Below, in pieces: positions 59,162 through 64,000 of a stretch of DNA of 64,000 bases. How positions within the stretch are numbered: the first letter of the stretch is position 1; the number at the start of each line of letters is the position of its first letter. Under the pieces are notes generated by a model. The model had not been told where the DNA came from. It was given only the letters and a program-made list of their open reading frames with translations, and searched no databases. Source of the stretch: Haliotis cracherodii (Eukaryota); NCBI RefSeq assembly GCF_022045235.1, contig NW_027266264.1, positions 13,206,001 to 13,270,000 of the forward strand, written 5' to 3'. The position numbers and the translations under genes are program-made.

Positions 59162-59710
59162 GGGAAAGCAGCTGATATAGAAGACACGGGAGGAAACTTT
59201 GGAACATAAACAGAACACTTTGTCATGTGATGAACGCACAACAAACATGTTCAATCATCGGTTAAATGTTTTGCTGTTCATTCCATGCGTTACGGAACGA
59301 TGACACTTGGATGAATAAATCGTAACAATTTGTTGATAATCACTACTTGACGGATGGCTGCCGCTATACAACGATCAATGAAGAGAGACGTGACGTATTG
59401 TGACGTTATACATTTATGATACATGTAACACCGTCAAGAAGCACCAAGGAGACGACTTCAGAAACTGCAACGTTGTCTTCTCTGGACCACCTGAGACTGA
59501 GAGATTGTCTGTACAAGATGGGTCCACGACAGGAACTGCTATGCCTTGTACCGAGACATCCCCATGTAGCCCTATTCTATCTATTTAATTTATCTGTTAT
59601 CACCTGCTACATCCGCAGTTGACATATTAATAACTTTTAAGGCATACAGCGACCTGATATAATTTTCAGTAATCTCGACTACCAACATGTGCATATTATA
59701 CATATACATA

Positions 59711-59716
<6 letters not shown>

Positions 59717-59788
<72 letters not shown>
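59717..59788. repeat. (TA)n microsatellite
   Basis: Directly visible; the orthologous position after copy A is the N gap 26449-26609. Confidence 0.95.
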
Positions 59789-59792
<4 letters not shown>

Positions 59793-62700
59793 GACCCTTG
59801 GTGCACTTTGTTACATATATCACATGTAAAATAAGCATCCTGAAACACATGGACGACTAGTAACCAACTGTTCTTCATATGCTGATATTAACACATGTTG
59901 CAGTGGGATCGAAACGATGACTGGAAGGATAGGCTGTTTAGATGTATGTATGTGGAAGACAGCACGGATTGTAACATTGTACCACTAGTTTACCATTATA
60001 ACATCGTAACACCAGTTTACCACGAATCTGATTCTAATGAATGTCATTCATTATCATGCCAACATATTATATTCAACTCATGTCAGAACTCAACAGATGT
60101 CACTGTATTCCAAGCATCACTTTACACATACACGTAGAAAAGGATGTTTTGCTATTTAGTATCTCAGATAACATGTTTATCACACCCAGAAACCGCAATC
60201 AATATTCAAAATCGATATCTTCAGGATCACGAGTAGCACAGCTACAAGTAAATTTGTAAACGTAAGGTCGAGTCTCCCACTCATTGGTCGCTCGACCTAA
60301 TGTTTTCCAGTAACGACTGCTCGTAAATGCAACATATTGATAGTGATATCATGAATATTTTATGCACGGATAAGTTGTAATGGATAAGTTGCAAACGTTT
60401 CAGTCGAGTTATATACGTGCATGTCAATATTTTACTGTCTTTTTATGTTAAGGTGATCTAATTCTTGTGATTTTCAAATTGAAACATTGTTAGACATATT
60501 TATGCTTCACAATTGTATCAGGAAATAAATAAAATCTCACTCTGTTGTCTCTTGTTATCACATACGTATAAACCAACATCTGTCCATCAAAATAATACAC
60601 AGACTGGAAACATTTCTCCTTTCATCGACTCGTGTTTCAATATTTGATATCAAAAGCCACCTTAGTGAGATTATATCTGTACGGAAGCGTAGTAGGGCAC
60701 GGTGAATTGTTTTGTCAAAGTATCTGCCACGAAGGACTTATTATCTCCTACGTAGGACTTATTATCTCCTACGTAGGACATACTATCTCCTACGTAGGAC
60801 TTACTATGGACTAGAATAACTATATCCTACGTAGGACTTAGGATGGACTAGAATAACCATCTCCTATGTAGGACTTAGTATCTCCTACGTAGGAGATAGT
60901 AAGTCCTACGTAGGAAATAGTATATAACCTTTTATTCCTCCATAAAGAAGAGTACAAAAAAAGCAGAAACTAATAGATGAACATTTATCAGAACAACATA
61001 TTATTTTGCATTAAATATGCAGAATGGTAATGCTGATGTATTGAGAGGTAGTTGAACACCATTTTAAACATTGGCTTGACATATTTTACACACACTCGTG
61101 CAAAGTCATCAGCATCTTTGTCACATAGTCTGTAATCTGTTCTACAAGACAACATGCATTCAGTGAGCTTTGCTGAGTCCATGCCATGCAGGTAGCAGCT
61201 AAAGTCGACATCACCGATATTGATCAACTCCATCCAGAGCTGATCACGAATATCGCACGTACATCGCACGTGTTATCACATACGTATAAACCAACATCTG
61301 TCCATCAAAATAATACACAGACTGGAAACATTTCTCCTTTCATCGACTCGTGTTTCAATATTGGATATCAAAAGCCACCTTTGAGAGATTTTATCTGTAC
61401 GGAAGCGTAGTAGGGCACGGTGAATTGTTTTGTCAAAGTATCTGCTACGTAGGACTTAGTATGGCCTAGAATTACTATCTCCTACGTAGGACTTACTATG
61501 GACTAGTATTACTATCTCCTACGTGGAAAGGTGGGGCATGGGTCTTCTTCTACTTTTGCATAATGCAAATACTTGTTCTGGTTCATAACATGAAATCGTG
61601 TGGTGGACGTAGAGTGACCGTTTTATAATTACAAGATTAAACGCTAGATACAATATATCATGTCTAATTTCATCGATGTATGTACATGGTTTTCCCTAGG
61701 CTCTAATATCGGACCGTTATCGTGACTGTGTCTACTAGAAACGTTTTGGAGATCTTTGCATCCCCTCCCACTCCTCACAGAAACACTGGATGTTAGGCTA
61801 CTTAAATATACCAACACTGACAGCAAACTAGATTTCACTCCCTACATGCGATCGATTTGACCAGAAGCCACGGATGTGGTGTGGTGTGGTGCGGTGCGGT
61901 GCGGTGCGGTGCGGTGCGGTGCGGTGCGGTGCGGTGCGGTGCGGTGCGGGGTGGGAGGGGTGAGCTGAGTTGAGTTGAGTTGAGGTGATGCGAGCGGGGA
62001 AGCGGGGCGAGGCGAGGCAAGGTGAGGAGAGGTGAAATGGGGTTTAGCGTCGCGTCCAAGATTATTACACTTATAAAGCGACGTGCATTCAATGACTGAT
62101 GACGATTAATACTGCTAGCCCACGGAGATAACATCCTGCAGTTTAACACGAATACCCGACTCAGACATACTACTCACAGTATACTGACTCCAAGTTGACC
62201 AGTCCTTGTTTTAGCCCCTTAATGCCCAACGCGAGACAGGGTAACAACAAGTACCATATTTTAACGTCTTCTTGTATGACGCGGCCGGGGATCGAATTCC
62301 GAAACGTCCTCTCTCCTGGCGGACGCTCTACCGCTAGACCACGGAGGCGGTTGCCATCGATGTGAGGATTCATGCATGTGATTAAGCCAACACATTCGTT
62401 ATTCTTCATCAGCAATACAAACCCTAGCTATATGTACGACTAAATCATGCTCTATTCAAATATGAGGACGCTTTTTTATGACATGTCAAATACAGGGAAC
62501 ACTTCCTGGTTGATAGAAATGCGTTCTTTTCAGTTTACACATAACAAAGGGAGCATTTAAGCTGGGCATACATACAACTGCAACGAGAAGGGGTGTCACG
62601 ACGTAGAGGTAAGTACGGTTCTAGAAAACGACATCTTGCATCCATTGCATCTGAAACAATATTGTGGTGTGTGAGTTCGGTTTAACGCCGCTTTTAAAAG

Positions 62701-63242
62701 TGTTCCAGTTATATCGCGGCGTGTCAGCTTAATGTGGAAGGAAAGCCCGAAGTGGTGCACGTCTCAGACATTTCCCGCTTCGGTGAAACCCACGAGCATG
62801 GGTATGGTGCTGACAAACCTAGAAATATAATCGGGGCGAACCGGGATCCAGCTGTATGACGGCGGTATGCAAGTAATCGAAGCTGGACCACACAATCCAG
62901 TAATTGAGATTATGAGCATCAATCTACGCAGTAGGGATACGATGACATGCATCAACCATGTCAGCGAGCCTGACAACCAGAACCCGTTAGTTGCCTTTTA
63001 CGACAAACATAGTCGCCTTTTACGGCAAGCATATGTTGCTGAAAACCTATTCTACCCGTGATCTTCACATGGGTTCACATATGCGTTAGTATATGCTGAT
63101 CTCAGTTGGTCATACTTCACATCTCGTTACAAGTACCAATAGTAAGGGTTCAGAGTATCACATTTGAGGCATATGAAAAACGAAATATGTCACTACAAAC
63201 AATCATATTTGCGTATCATTTCAGGTGATCACCAAATCCAAT

Positions 63243-64000
63243 ATGGCCTCAAAGTCGCCAGTCATCTTCTCGGATACGACACATTTCGGTGTAGACAACA
63301 CGACAGCGGAAGTGACGTCATCATTAAATATCAGCGATGAGGAGAAGAACCGTTATCTATCCCACCTTGACGACTCGATGTTTCCCTTGAGGATACCAGC
63401 CGTGGTATATCTTGCCATCCTAATGGTTCTGGGTTTTTTCGGAAACATTCTTGTGCTGATCGTGTACCTTAAGAAATTCAAACCAAGCCCGACCCGTGTG
63501 TTTGTGGTGTGTCTGGCTGTGTTTGACCTCATGACATGCGTCATTTCAATCCCAGGGGAAATCCTGGACATGAGGTACAGTTACACGTTCGACTACCCAG
63601 CCGTGTGTAAAATGATACGATTCAACAGCACATTCTCCGTGGTGTCCTCAGGATTCACGCTCATAGCTGTTGCTATAGAGAGATACAGGAAGATATGTCG
63701 GCCTTTGAACAAACAGATCACCATCAGAGTCGCGCGCATCATGGTAGGGATCGCTGTGTCCGTATCACTAGTCATCCCCATCCCGACAGTTATTGTCAAC
63801 GGTAGGAAAACGGTCAAAACAGACAAAGAGGAAATAACAGGCTTCGAGTGTTCCTTTGATGACGGGTGGCGCGATACTCTGTTCCCCGTGGTCTATATAG
63901 GAGTCCTATTCCTCATCTTCTTCGGTTCTCTGAGTGTCCTGGTAGTTATGTACATCCTCATTGGCAGGACTGTGTTTAAACACCGGAAATTTAAATTCCG
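63243..64000 (+). CDS. Class A GPCR tandem copy E (type II), runs off the window
   Basis: Acceptor ends at 63224; ATG at 63243; open to the end of the window; matches B/C apart from YSHT->YSYT. Confidence 0.9.
   Translation, partial: MASKSPVIFSDTTHFGVDNTTAEVTSSLNISDEEKNRYLSHLDDSMFPLRIPAVVYLAILMVLGFFGNILVLIVYLKKFKPSPTRVFVVCLAVFDLMTCVISIPGEILDMRYSYTFDYPAVCKMIRFNSTFSVVSSGFTLIAVAIERYRKICRPLNKQITIRVARIMVGIAVSVSLVIPIPTVIVNGRKTVKTDKEEITGFECSFDDGWRDTLFPVVYIGVLFLIFFGSLSVLVVMYILIGRTVFKHRKFKF

Overview
Animal genomic DNA: AT-rich, SINE-dense, with five assembly gaps. The repeat families suggest a gastropod mollusc, possibly abalone; this is an inference. The window is a cluster of class A (rhodopsin-like) orphan GPCR genes, each with a single coding exon. 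It holds two divergent genes (3840-4982 +, 11270-12415 -), a pseudogene fragment (~22 kb) and five near-identical tandem copies (A-E, 24.6 kb to beyond 64 kb) that show unequal crossing-over and probable gene conversion. Between copies A and B sits a complete 5.47-kb tyrosine-recombinase retrotransposon of Ngaro type (gag, disrupted RT-RNaseH, intact YR, SGNH hydrolase). Both of its ends can be mapped exactly from empty paralogous sites. Unlike canonical DIRS/Ngaro elements it shows no split direct repeats or long ITRs. Instead, joining its two ends gives a ~30-bp imperfect hairpin with an unpaired 3-nt bubble at the crossover point, reminiscent of single-stranded attC-type substrates. Its 760-nt 3' non-coding region also folds into a large closed structure. 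This element is the best candidate for an undescribed system here. Other content: a Gypsy integrase plus 3' LTR, a putative Polinton-like terminus packed with promoter motifs, a ~4.5-kb satellite palindrome, an IS3EU-like MITE, two Tc1 relics, Penelope-like and CR1-like relics, and four SINE families.
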